Shown here: one piece after another, positions 26,378-38,539 of the stretch
Layout of the letters: each line of letters begins with the position of its first letter
Numbering within the stretch: the stretch's first letter is position 1
Assembly (NCBI GenBank): GCA_976551045.1
Contig: CDPCPM010000106.1
Location: 20,894,001 to 20,958,000 of the forward strand
From: Glaucostegus cemiculus
Lineage: Eukaryota
DNA length: 64,000 nt
Reading direction: 5' to 3'
Notes under the pieces: generated by a model
Database searches by the model: none
What the model was told of the DNA's origin: nothing
Seen by the model: the letters and a program-made list of their open reading frames with translations, nothing else
Position numbers and translations under genes: made by a program

Positions 26378-26830
26378 CCAATTAATCTTGTTTACAGATC
26401 AATGTCTTTGGCAATTAATTATTGGCTAATTATCAGAATAATCATTAGAACTTTAATTGGTATGTGTCAGGAAATTGTAAGGCACCCTGGGAGGAAGCAG
26501 GGACTGAACAGTGATCAATTGAATGCACGGCCCTTGTTATTGATCACCTTTAACCTGTGCCTAAACTAATGGCAAAACCACCATTTAAACAGTCTAATCT
26601 GTCCCTAGGCACAGAACACATCAATCGCAAGAGAATCACATAAATCATTACAGGTCACATTACATTTCCCAGTGGACCAATAGCTGATTAGATGGCTGTC
26701 CGGAGTTCCCCTGCCACCAGTGTCTGTAAAGGTCACAAAGGAGAGCAAAACCTTAACTCACAGTTGACATGTACCCCGCGGCGTGTCACACACCAAAGGA
26801 TCAGAGGCAATTCATGTGGCGAATGTCCCT
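26378..26830. promoter_or_regulatory. Candidate conserved non-coding enhancer
   Basis: Non-repetitive block dense in TAAT/TAATTA/TAATTGG sites, TGTTTAC (Fox), CACAAAGG (Sox), AGGTCA half-sites, CCAAT and TGATTAGATGG (Pbx-Hox-like). Conservation not tested. Confidence 0.5.
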
Positions 26831-27567
26831 ACTGACGTGGTGCATATCTGCAGGAACTTTACTTTAAAATCAATTTTCTTTACGTTGTCCAGTTAAAACC
26901 TTACCCCACTACAATTTAAGTTGTTTACAAGCCACCTGGCAAGACGAGAATGATCTCAGCAGAAAAAGTTGACACACATAACAGATGTCATTGTAAGCAC
27001 TGAGTATTGCCAGGATGACTGTTTGAAATGTGCTTAATATACCAAATATCTAAAATAGTTTGAGAGACCAATGGACAAATCCACTGTGCCAGTGAATTTA
27101 CTCTAGGTGTGGTTGGGTTTGAGTGAAATGCTTGCTGTGTTCAAGTCCTTTACTTTGACAGAAGAAACTCATGAAGGTTCTACTAATCAGGGAAGCAAAT
27201 CAGGAGTTGGAAAGGAAAACTCTGATGATTACTGCCTTGTTTTGCAGAATGATCAAGACAACGAAAACAGGGTTCCACAGTACGATAACACACTGCCCTT
27301 TCATTTCTACCATCTGGGTTTGATCCCTGCCCAGTCTGACCGAATGAAAGTCTCTTCTGTCTGCTGCTGGAAGATTCCTTCAGCCAAGATTGGTCTGTCT
27401 CTACCCAAGGTCCTGTACAAGGCAAGGCCCCTAATTTAGTTTTAACGACAGCTTCTTTAAGCAGGTAAGGGATGAGGATGCAAGATCAGCTAAGCTGAAA
27501 TAGGAAATGTTGTAATTGCTAATTGCTCAATGAAGAATGTTTTTCTAAAACCTTAATCAGAATTCTT

Positions 27568-27645
27568 CTACCTGAAATATTAACTGTTTCTCTTTCCACA
27601 AATGCTGCCTGACCTCTGAGATTTTCCAGCATTTTCTGTTTTTAC
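27568..27645 (+). mobile_element. Penelope-type terminal repeat fragment
   Basis: ACCTGAAATATTAACTGTTTCTCTTTCCACAAATGCTGCCTGACCTCTGAGATTTTCCAGCATTTTCTGTTTTT. Confidence 0.65.
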
Positions 27646-28929
27646 TTAAAATGCCAGCTTGCATCATGAGGTTCAGCAGAACTTAGAAAGTTGTAAGTAT
27701 TGCCCAGCTTTGCAAAGTGCTCACAGACCAGAAATAAATGTGCAACTCCTGGCAAATCACCCCAATAACTCTCATTTATTGATAATTTCCATCCCACTTT
27801 ACACATCTAAAGCAGCTTTATCCCAGTTTATAAATCATAATGTAAAACTGGTGTAGGTAAGACTACGAAGAGGCCCATCATTTGAGCTTTTTTCTATCCT
27901 GACTGAAGAAGGGGTAACGATGAGTCAAGAGGCATTTAGTGCAGGATCGGGAGATGAGGAGAAGAAGGGAAGGGGTGCAGGCATTTCATGAAATAAAATT
28001 TATAGCATAGAGGATCACAGAAGAATACTTTGCATTGTGTCAGTAAAATGAAGCCAATTTGTTTAAATTTTAAAAAAAAGTTCTATATCATTTTAAAGTA
28101 ACTTTGGTAAATTGAACTTTATAAAATGCAGCAGACAACCAAGATTTCATTGGCTATGTGCAACAAAAAATAAATGAATTTGCTATTTGTCTGTTGTGAA
28201 CCTGAGAAAATCTCTTGTGATGTGCCAGCTTATTCCACGTACAATATCAGTGAAAACACAAAGGCAGCATATGGGCTTGTCACCGCCTACAAGTCAAGAC
28301 TCAAGTCCCCATCTCCATAATGAGGACACTAACATATTCAGCCAGTCAGCCAGTGCTTGTATTTGCATAGATAAAATGATTTGTCCTGCCATTCTTTTCT
28401 CCAGTGGCTCTGGCATCTCACTCTGCACAAAGAGCATTCAGTCTGTTGAAGGCCCTCTGTGGTTGATTGCTTTATAGAGATGTCCTTTAGCCATTCTGTG
28501 AATTGTTGCTCTATACTGGGCTTTTCTTGAAACACATTTCAGCTGAAGGCCCTACGTGTTGGGCTGTATGAATCAGTGACATTCAAATGATCAGGAGACA
28601 CTGTGATTAGAAAACAATGCGCTCCCTGTCAAAGGCTTGGCACCATTTCAGCTGACATTTACTGAAATGCACCAAAGTCAGTTTTTATATATTCAATTGG
28701 TAATTTAAGGTTAGCACCATTTTTGCCAAAAGATCCCCCTACCCTTCACAAGCACCTCCACCATCACAGCCATCACCATTTCCCATGATCAACTCGCCAC
28801 CATATCCAAATAATCTCTTTTCTTTAAGGTGCCTATTCCCTTCTGGATAACAGCTCAAAGGTAATCCTTAAATTGTGGACTTATGATCAGTCTGTGGATG
28901 TTTGACAGTTGTTGGGGGACAGTAATTGT

Positions 28930-29275
28930 TGGGCTGTGGATCCAGTGACTTGGGCACAAGACCAAGGCTAACACTTCAATGCAGTACAGGGAGATTGTTG
29001 CATTGATGTGGTTGTTGCCTTATAGATAAGACATTAATTGAAGGCCTTCTCTGCCCTGGACATTAAAGATCCCATGACACCATTGAAAGGTGAGCAGGGG
29101 AATCCTTCTTGGTTTCATCGTTTAACAACACTATTACAGATAGTCCAATAATTTGAACACTGATGTTAGTGGGATCTTGCTATCAGTAAACTAGCCACTC
29201 TATTTCCTACATTGCATAAATAACTGAACTTCAAAAGTGCTTAATTACAGTAAAGTGCCTTGTGCTGTCCCAGCA
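28930..29275 (+). mobile_element. Deu-domain SINE (SacSINE1-like)
   Basis: CCAAGGCTAACACTTCAATGCAGTACAGGGAG..GATAAGACATTAA..GGACATTAAAGATCCCATGACAC..GTGGGATCTTGCT..TTTCCTACATT..CTTCAAAAGT. Confidence 0.75.
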
Positions 29276-31057
29276 TTTAGGGGAAAGAGAGAAATGAGCA
29301 TGTAACATGATAAAACCTCAACCACAAAATTCAGATACAACTCATTGGCAGCTTTTTAAACAGTCTCATCACTTCCGACCTTTGCTTATCCTACTCTGGT
29401 GTTTCTATTTAAAGTATACACAGAACTAAAACTGATATCTTAAGGGGAGCGTAACACAATTGCTTTCCAGAGAACAAGGAGGTGCAAATGACACCGAGAC
29501 TTGACAACCTCTTTAATTGGCTAAAACGTCTTTTGGAGTGTTCTGAGATTATGAAAGATAATGTACAAAAAATCAAGTTAATAACACAACTACAAGTTGC
29601 TGATTTTCTTCAAAGTTGTTTTTTTTCAGTCAAATCTTTATAAAATGTGCTTCATTAGGTAACTCCTGATTGGCCAGGTATGAAACAATGTTTAGTGAAG
29701 AAAAATTAAGCTCAAAAAATTATTTCCTTCTTCATGGGAAGTGCTGGGACCATACCAGTTGGCCTCAGTACCCTTGGGCCTGAAAAGATAAAGTAAAAGC
29801 CAGGGTTTCTATTTGGGTTTCTCTGCTGTGATTCCTATTGAGTTGCACTCTTGTGGATGACTGGGAGAAAACATAGCTGAGCTCGAGGCCTGGCCTGTGC
29901 TGAATAGTTTACAGATTCTTGCACCATTTGGACAAAGGCTGACCAAGTAATGCAGCAAGACCCAGCACTTTCAGAAGAGGAGAGTAAGCCCTCAATATAA
30001 GAAAATGAATAGGTCCTGAATATCACATAATGTCATTTTCTTATAGTCAGATTCATGGGTGAGGCAATATAAGAGCTGTTTCTCAGAACCTTTGTACATA
30101 TTAAAGCATTGTACAATTTTATGTTACACAGCAGAAAATCAAGGGTAACTTTCCTCACATGCAGCATCTCACATGAATAAAGGTTGGGATGTCTGTTCTG
30201 TAATAGCATTGTACACCTTATCTTCAGCCATCTGAACCTCACATTATACCAGCAGTATGCACTGGTGTGCCTTTACTAGACAGCATTGCATTGTAGCTTC
30301 CTGATGTGGAATGACATCTGTCATTTCTCAAAGGTGCCCTTGCAGAAGCCAGCTTAATGCAAGGGAAAACAGATCACCTGTCCATCTCAAATAACAACAC
30401 AGCTCCTGCCACTTCAACTATTGAGCTATATTGACAACTAGGTCAAGGGATAGTTCATTGTTGCATTCATCACACTGCTCTGATCAGATAACTTAAAGAC
30501 AGCAGTTAGTAACACAGAAAAAAGGGGGATAATGCTCCAGGAACAGTGTTTCAATAAACATCACTACTGCATTTTGGTAGGAATGGTTTGCCATATTACT
30601 TTTAAATGTACAATGTAAACTGCTTTTCACTGATGGACTAAAATAATTAGCTTATGACTGAAATCTTAACACACCAACTGGAGAGTAAATGCGCTGGGTT
30701 CATTGCAGTATTCCTTATGTGACAGGGGTAAGGGATAAACATCAGAGGAGTGGTTTATGTTATCTTTGCTCTAAGGAAATAACAGTTCTTCCAACTAAAA
30801 TACTGAGAAAATGAGTTTGATTGTGAGCCTTAAGAATATTACAAAATAAATTACCCTGAAGCAGGAACAAAATTCCCGACTGAAGCAGAGTTCCCAATGG
30901 TAAAACATAATATGTGCTCTTCCCTGGTGAAAGGGCATATTACAGCCATAATGCCATAAAAAAACTGATGGATAGGATGTCTACCCCACCCTTTGATGGC
31001 TGGAGACATCAGGACTGAGCAAATCCTCCTCATTAATAGTATCTGAGAGATAAGAGA

Positions 31058-31390
31058 GGATGGCATAGTGGTGCAACTAATGGAGCTGCTGCCTCACAGT
31101 TCCGATGATCTGGGTTCGATTCCAACCTCTGCGTGGAATTTGCATCTTCTCAATTTAACCATGTGGGTTTCTTCCTGGTGCTCCAGACATCTGGGTTGTT
31201 AAATTAATTGGTCACTGTACATTCTCCCTGGTGTGTAGGTAAGGGGTAGAATCTGTGGAAGTAGATGAGAAAGTGGGGAGAATAAAATGAGACCAGTATA
31301 GAATTGTTGTAAATGGGTGGTTGATAGTTGACATGGACTTGGTAGACCGAGAGACCTGTTTCTGAGCTATATGTCTCTGTGAATCTATAA
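31058..31390 (+). mobile_element. V-SINE (HE1-like) with CR1-type tail
   Basis: TGGCATAGTGG A-box, GGTTCGATTCC B-box, GTGGGTTTC..GGTGCTCC, TTAATTGGTCACTGT, tail CCTGTTTCTGAGCTATATGTCTCT; same family as 3848-4140. Confidence 0.85.
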
Positions 31391-31524
31391 CTGCCTGATT
31401 CTGTGGAAGGTGTCCTTGATTAGCAATACAAGAGCCCAGAAATCACAACAAAGTGTGCAGATTAACATAGCAGCTAGGTGAGTTTTAGAAAAAAAATGAA
31501 CATTTTATTATTTTTTTCTATAAA

Positions 31525-31652
31525 ACTAGAGCATCCGGGGAAACCCATGTGGTCACAGGGAAAATGTGTAGAGTTGACACAACCTGAAGTCAGGATTAAA
31601 CCCAGACTGCTAGAACTGTGCACCACCAGCACTACCTGCTGCACCACCGTGC
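31525..31652 (-). mobile_element. V-SINE head fragment
   Basis: Reverse complement GCACGGTGGTGCAGCAGGTAGTGCTG..GGGTTTAATCCTGAC..GACCACATGGGTTTCCCCGGATGCTC. Confidence 0.75.
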
Positions 31653-32894
31653 TACTTGATTTTAGGCTGTTTGCACCACCAGGCTCAAAACAGATCAATT
31701 ATTTTTACACAGAGGTGCACCTACTCCTGCTGAGCTTACTGCCGGGTTTGTGAAGCCTCCTGAATACTACTTCAAGTATTCAGAGATTTTCCTCCTCTGT
31801 GGCAACATCACCTTCGTTACATAGAGTTGGACTGACTGGAGCATCTTTTCCACAATAGCCTGAAATGTTTTCGGGCTAACCCCACACCATGAAAGGTACA
31901 TAAATAGTCTCTTATGGGTGTTGATCTTTAGACTGTGTTGATTTTTGTTATGCATATTTATTTTTGGACAAATATGTAGCAGATCTAACTTGATAAAGAG
32001 CTCATTCCAGCTAATTTGGCGTAGAGTTCCTGTGATGTGGCCAATGGGAATTTTTCATCATTCACAATTCCACTGCTGGGTTGTGGTTTACATTATATTC
32101 GCTGCAAAGTCATATTTGCTTTGAGCACCACAATAATAGGATTCATCATGTGTGCTTTTGACCAACCCAACATATCATTCCAGTCATTTTTTTTCTTTAC
32201 AGTGTTGGTTTGTTTGTGTATTTGGTGAGTATCTTCAAGGTTCTTCTCAGACTGTGTACATACATTGCAATGATATGCAAAGGATCAAATACATCACATT
32301 TACTTACCCATACTACAAAAGTAAAATGTGTTTCTTGTGAAAGGCCCTCAGGTGTGGTTTGGATGTAAAGCTGGTACTTCCTGCAAAAAGTACTGTTGTC
32401 GAATATTCAATTCACATCAGTTTGGGTTTTGCCAGTAGATATGCATGCAACTGCTGCCATTTCTACTACTGCCTGATCACAGAAGTCCCATAGTTGCTGA
32501 CTGAACTCCATCAGTAACTTTTCAGTTACACTCTAGATAGCACGTAGAGTTAAATGTGGAGAAGCAGCTCACTAAGATTCCCTGGCCCTTACACTCAGGA
32601 ATCTGCCTTCTGATCCCACATTAGATCAGCCACAGAGCCGACCATTATTAATTTGAAGGCAACAAGGAAGAAATGTAAGAATACCTTTAGAATTCTTTTA
32701 TCATTGGTGTCTTCATTCATATTTTTCATTACTTGAAGGTTTCAAATACCTTCAGATTAGTTAATTTCATTAAAAAAATTAAATTGTTTATTTTGTTTTT
32801 AATAGTTATTAATTACTTTTGAACATCATATATATTCAGAAGCATTGAAAAACCTTGACAATCTATAATCAGTCAAAATTATTTAAAGAACAAA

Positions 32895-33390
32895 AAACAT
32901 AGAACAGTACAGCACAGGAACAGCCCTTTGGCCCACAACGTCTGCACCAAACACAAGACCAAATTAAACTAAATCTCTTCTGCCTGCACATGATCCATAT
33001 CCCTCCATTCCCTACAGATTTGTGTGTCCATCTAACAGCCTCTTAAACACCACTACAGTATCTGCTTCCCTGACAGCAGGATCCAGGCACTTCCCACCTG
33101 TGTAAAAATCTGCCCTGCACATCTTTAAACGTTCCCCCTCTCACCTTAGATTCATGTTCTCAAGAAATTAATATTTCTACTTTGGGAAAAGGGTTATGAT
33201 TATCTATCCTATCTATGCCTCACATAATTTTATAAACTTCTATCAGGTCTCCACTCAGCATCTGACACTCCAGAGAAAACAATGTAAGTTTGTCTAACCT
33301 GATAGCTCATGCCCTCTAAAAGACTTTTTCTGCATCCTTTCCAAAGCCTCCACAACCTTCCTGTAATGAGGCGACCAGGACTGCACACAA
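32895..33390 (-). mobile_element. CR1-type LINE 3' fragment
   Basis: ACATAGAACAGTACAGCACAGGAACAG tail; collinear with 25013-25580. Confidence 0.85.
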
Positions 33391-33573
33391 GAAGGTTCAT
33401 CAGTGGGCCTTGCTCTGGAGTTAGCAACAAGAAGAGGAAGCAAGGTGTTCTTCTGGAATCAGAATTATGTTACTTATCACTTTATTGGAAAATTTCTCTC
33501 TGTGTTATTATTAATTACTTGATGTTGCTGATTGAGTAGTGATTAGCAGGGTTAGATTTGTCCAGCTTTGTTT

Positions 33574-33775
33574 ACATAGAACATAGAATAGTACAGCACT
33601 GGAACAGACTGTTGTGCTGAGCCAATTAAACTAGTAATTAACTAAACTAAGCCCTTCTACCTGCACAATGTCCATATCCCTCCATTCTCTGCACATTCTA
33701 AGAGTCTCTTAAACACCTCTATCATATTTGCCTCCATAACCATTTCTGGCAGTGCATTCCAGGCACCCATCATAT
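33574..33775 (-). mobile_element. CR1-type LINE 3' end
   Basis: (ACATAGA)n tail and GGCAGTGCATTCCAGGCACCCA. Confidence 0.8.
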
Positions 33776-33994
33776 GTTTGTATAAAATGTGAATAGATGA
33801 TGCTCACCGGGCAGATCCTGGCATGAATGCATTTTTGCATTGCTGAATCACTTAACTTTGAGAAGGTATCTATTTTTAGCACACAAATCTTCAGCCATCC
33901 ACAGCTATGTTCTGTGCATTCAGCTGCCTCTTAATGCCAAGTGGAATGACCTGATTTGGTAGGATATGACATCTTAGATGGTGTAGATCTCAAG

Positions 33995-34101
33995 AATGTG
34001 GGAGGAAGGGGTTGGATAGTCTTAGGAGTGGTTTGAATTTTGGCACAACATGGTGGGCTGGAGGGCCTGTATTGTGCTGTATTGTTCTATGGTTCTATGG
34101 T
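33995..34101 (+). mobile_element. CR1-type 3' tail
   Basis: GGCACAACATGGTGGGCTGGAGGGCCTGTATTGTGCTGTATT(GTTCTATG)n. Confidence 0.75.
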
Positions 34102-34502
34102 AAAGCCCCAAGCAGGGTTATTCACTCACTAGGTTTGGATGAAGATACATTTCCGTCTTATCCCTTCCACATGGGATGGGGGTGTTAGTTTTCTGATTAT
34201 TAATCCCCATTCATGAATTTGATTGGATTTAAGCCCTGCTGCAGCCCACTTGCTGTAGCCCAGTCAACCCTGCCTATAGCGCACTACTTTTGGTGTAGTA
34301 TTAATCAGTTCACATAGCTAAGATGTATCTGTAATCATTAGGAATAAATGTTTGTATTCTCAAATATTCTTTTTCACTTTTCCTAAGAAGTTGCAAAGTT
34401 TAACAACTTTTAACATCCTTCCAGTTTCTTACTCTAGTGGTCCCCCTTTGCTTGGTTTCCAACAGAGGGAACCAGTGAAGAGTGGAACCCACCATGTCTT
34501 CA

Positions 34503-34700
34503 ATAATAAAAACAGAACATGCTGAAAAATCTCAGCAGGCCAGGCAGCATCTGCGGAAAGAGAAAGAGCAAGTATTTCACATGGAGAGTGGTAGGTGCCT
34601 GGAACGTGCTGCCAGGGAAGCAGATACTGTGGTGTTTAAGACACTGTTAGATCAATAGAGAGGGCGAGAAAGAGAGTGATGGAGACCCTTCATCAGATCC
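34503..34700 (-). mobile_element. Penelope-type terminal repeat with a CR1-derived insert
   Basis: Minus strand CTGATGAAGGGTCTCC (34681-34696), then about 100 bp of insert (34580-34680, CR1-like AGAGTGGTAGGTGCCTGGAACGTGCTGCCAGGG), then TGAAATAC..CAGATGCTGCCTGGCCTGCTGAGATTTTTCAGCAT. Confidence 0.65.
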
Positions 34701-35061
34701 ACCATAATCTTCCCTATAGTTAACCAGCAGGAAGCGCTGTACCTGAGTATGATTTGCCACCTCCTGAGTTGTTTGGAATCAACTAATCTGTTCAACTACC
34801 ATCAATCTGGAAACTCCAGGAATTGAAGATTAATCTCCAGGACACTTTCCACAGCAAGCCAACTAAAAGAAATCATTGCATCGTTAAATAAATAATCTTG
34901 TTTTTATTTTTAATTTATGTAAGCAGTTTTGTTCACCAGTTCTAAAATTATTGGTGAAGAAGTAAGCTGATAGTGGTGGGTCAAGAAATCAGGAATGTTG
35001 TCATTCCAATGATGTGGGAAGGTGAGGACCAAAGTGTCAACAGGCAATGATGGGGGCAGCT

Positions 35062-35380
35062 CATAGAGTTACACAGCCTGAAACGGGACCTTCAGCTCAC
35101 CTTGACCATGCCAACCATCAATCGCTCCATCTATACTGATCCTATCCTTCCACTTGCATCCCCTTCAACTCTCTAGCACCTCCCCCCGCCACAGCAGCCA
35201 ATTAACCTACTATGCAGCACATTTTTCATTTTTGTCATGTGGGAGGAAACCAGAACCATCCTGGGGTGACTCACATGATCACAGGAAGAGCGTGCAAACT
35301 TCAAGTAGACAGCGCTCAGGGTCAAGATTGAACTTAGGTCACTGGAGCTGTGAGGCAGCAGCGCTAACTGTGCCGCACAG
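35062..35380 (-). mobile_element. V-SINE (HE1-like) with CR1-type tail
   Basis: Reverse-strand head GGCACAGTTAGCGCTGCTGCCTCACAGCTCCAGTGACC..GTTCAATCTTGACCC, TTTCCTCCCACA, CR1-like tail near 35062-35120. Confidence 0.8.
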
Positions 35381-35644
35381 TCTTATGATCAAAGAATTTC
35401 AGTCTAGGTAGGGGGCTGAACCATGACTCTTTGATCAGGATGTCTGAACACTGTACTGGGCAGGAAATCGATCCATGGCCAATAACACAAAAATCCCGTA
35501 ATCTCTTTGTATAAATGTTACTATTTATGTAGTGTCTACAACTGGGTATTAAGCAGCTTTGCAAATCTAATATTTCTTTTGGAGAAAAATGGGGGAAATT
35601 TCACATTATATAATGGAGGTTATTAAATTAAGTGTTTTTGTTAT

Positions 35645-36025
35645 CTTTGGCTGAGTTTGTAACTCTCTTGCCTCAGAGCTCAAAGGTTGTTGGTTCAACC
35701 TCTACATGATATATAGTCAAAGGTGGCACCTCATTTTAGAACTGAGGGAATGTTGCATTTCTGAATATGCCAAACCAAGATCCCAGCTATTTAGTTAGGA
35801 GGGTACAGAAGAGCCAGTGGCATTCCATTCCTCTACCAAAACCAGTAAACATATTATTTGTTTGTTTATCTTATTTCTATTTTGGAACCTTGCTGTGTAC
35901 AGATTGCCTGCTGTATATTCCTACTTTGTAAAAATGATGTAATTTCAGAAGAGCCTTTTTGTCTGAAAAAGATTTCAGGACATTCTACGATTGTTAAATA
36001 AGCAATATAGATTCAAATTTTTCTT
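35645..36025 (+). mobile_element. Deu-domain SINE, old copy
   Basis: CTCTTGCCTCAGAG..AAGGTTGTTGGTTCAA head, ACTGAGGGAATGTTGCA, GAACCTTGCTGTGTACAGATTG.CTGCTG..TTCCTAC. Confidence 0.65.
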
Positions 36026-37052
36026 GTTCTAACCTCAAGCATAAAGTATGCAACAAAGAATGAGAAGTGCAGTTTAAAACACTTGGGCAAAAGCCTTTGC
36101 AATCAATGATTAGTATAATCCAGCAGAATACCCCACTCTGATTGGACAGTTGGGGTAGTTGTGACAGTATCATTTTATATAAATTGCTGATGAGTCACAA
36201 GAGAGTAACAGTGTTTTACACTCATGCTAAACAAGTAAACATAATTCATGTGTATTTATTTACTTAACAATATCCACAACTGTTCAGTAAATGAAACAGT
36301 GCTTAATACTATTACAAAAACATTCACAAACTCTGTTTTCATACTCAGAAAACAATATCCTGCATTTATACAACACATGCTGTATATTCCTGCACATGTT
36401 AAATGATAAGAGGCTGCTTGACAGCATGATTATTGAACAAAATCTGACACCAGTCCACATAAGGTTATATTGGACCAAAAGCTTAGTCAAGGAAAGTGTT
36501 TAATGAAGTGTCTTAGAGAAGATAAGGGGGATAGATATGTTTCATGAGGGAAATCCAGAGTTTAGATCCAGGTTGCTGAAGGCACAGGTGGAGCAATTGA
36601 AAACAGGGATGGATATGAATATGGACAGGAGGATGGTGAGCAATGTGGTTCTGAAAGAAAATATTTACGTGTTTTACTTCACATGACCACTCTAGCAAAC
36701 AATCAGCACCTTACCACTGAACTTAGTATTCACTCTCTCCATCACTACAATGCTTACTTTCCACAGAATGCATGGCATTGATTTGCCAAGTTTACTTCAG
36801 CAGTTTCTCTCAACTCTCTGACCTCCATCATCAAAGAGAGATGCAACCAAATTTTGGGAACAAGATCAGAGTTCCCCACCAAGTCCCAAGTCACTCTCAC
36901 TCTTTTGGGAACAATCAAGATACTCATATAAGATAATGAATATATTTTTATTGAACTGAAATCACACTTATATGTTTTTCTTGAAGAATATTTTTCTATC
37001 ACTTAAGGAGCTCAGATACTTATAAAAATAGAACATATTGTAACAATATGTA

Positions 37053-37335
37053 CAGGCAGGGTAGTGCAGCAGTTAGCATAATGCTATTACAGTGCCAGTG
37101 AACTGGGTTCAATTCCGGCTGCTGTCTGTAAGGAGTTTGTACATTCTCTCTGTGTCTGTGTGCTCTGGTTTCCTCTCACATTCCAAAGATGTACAAGTTA
37201 GGAAGTTGTGGGCATGCTATGTTGGCGCCGGAAGTGTGGCGACACTTGCGGGCTGCCCCCAGAACACTCTATGCAAAAAAAAGATGTATTTCACTGTGTG
37301 TTTTGATGTACATGTGACCAATAAAGATCTCTTAT
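37053..37335 (+). mobile_element. Young tRNA-derived V-SINE with Rex1-like tail
   Basis: GGTAGTGCAGCAGTTAG head, GGTTCAATTCC B-box, CpG still retained, tail TTTCACTGTGTGTTTTGATGTACATGTGACCAATAAAG. Confidence 0.9.
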
Positions 37336-38384
37336 TTCTATGTTGTATTGCACTTTATATAATACCTCTAATTTACCAGTGGATACAATGGTGGTAACTA
37401 ACAATAACAAGTGAAAGGCAAGAGTCAGATGGTGAATCACCAGCTAAAACAAACAGAAAGCTAAACATCAGGAGCAATATATTAATATCATCCTTTGCAA
37501 TATTGTTGAGGTCATGCCTTTTTGCACATTTATCCTATTAACAAATAAAGTTACAGGCAGGGCTTTCCACTAAGGTACAGTAAAAAGGTAAGAATTTCTT
37601 CCTGAGGATGTCATCAACTCCCCTGATCAGAGTTTTTATCTGAAAGGACAGAGATGTGGAAAACACCTGTGGAAAGTGGATAGCCATGGAAACAGCAGCG
37701 CTCTACTACCTGGAGCGTATTACAGCCTGGAGTTGGGACACTTCTCAGAATTGCTAAATCACCTCCAGTTTGTGGAGGAGGTAGTGATGGACATATTGGG
37801 AGGGTGGGGGAGAGACGATGGAGTCGGGTTGGTGGGATGATATGGGAGGGTGGGGTAGATTTAGATTTTATCAACTCCATAATAGAGTCCTGCAAATGAA
37901 AATAACACAAGGACAAATATGCTTCCTGGGAGGAATTTTACAATTTACTCTGACAGAAATGCTGTGATGAAAGCCTCCCAAAGGTAAGCGGCCCTTTAAT
38001 CAATCTGTGCAATCTGCATCCTCCTTCACAGAACAAAACTAAATATAAAGGGATGTTTTTTTCCTTAATCAACTGCATAATCTAGGTAGTAACATGTTGA
38101 TGAGTGGAGAATTCTGTTATGTATTCTGGTTATTCTTTAGATAGTCACATACAATCTCTTCTTCAAAGGGCTCCCATTGCTCGAACAGAGGGCATTGTGA
38201 AACAGAGCGCAAGGATAATGAGATTCGGTTCCTTCTACGTCCTTCAAGACTGTCAGAATTAACTCCCTGGACCTCTGGCCTCTCACCACTCGTACAACAA
38301 CTACTACAACTACATGCAGCACAGGCACTTTATACAAGGTACTCATTTTCATCATGATTCCATCTCATTGTTCATTGTGACCAC

Positions 38385-38539
38385 ACCAGCACAGCACAGT
38401 ACGATGAAACTGCTCCAGGTGTCAGATTAATGTGTCTGTTCCCAAATGAGCTTTCTGTCTGACAGTGACACAGTGCTGTAGGATGAAACTGCTGCAGGTA
38501 TCTGATTAATGTGCTTGTTTCCAAATGAGCTTTCTGTCT
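38385..38539. repeat. Two-copy 79-bp tandem repeat
   Basis: GATGAAACTGCT at 38403 and 38482; both units continue GATTAATGTG..CCAAATGAGCTTTCTGTCT. Confidence 0.9.

Noticed and set aside
31058-31130. tRNA-like A and B boxes (also near 37053 and 9250)
   Set aside because: No cloverleaf; they run directly into SINE bodies.
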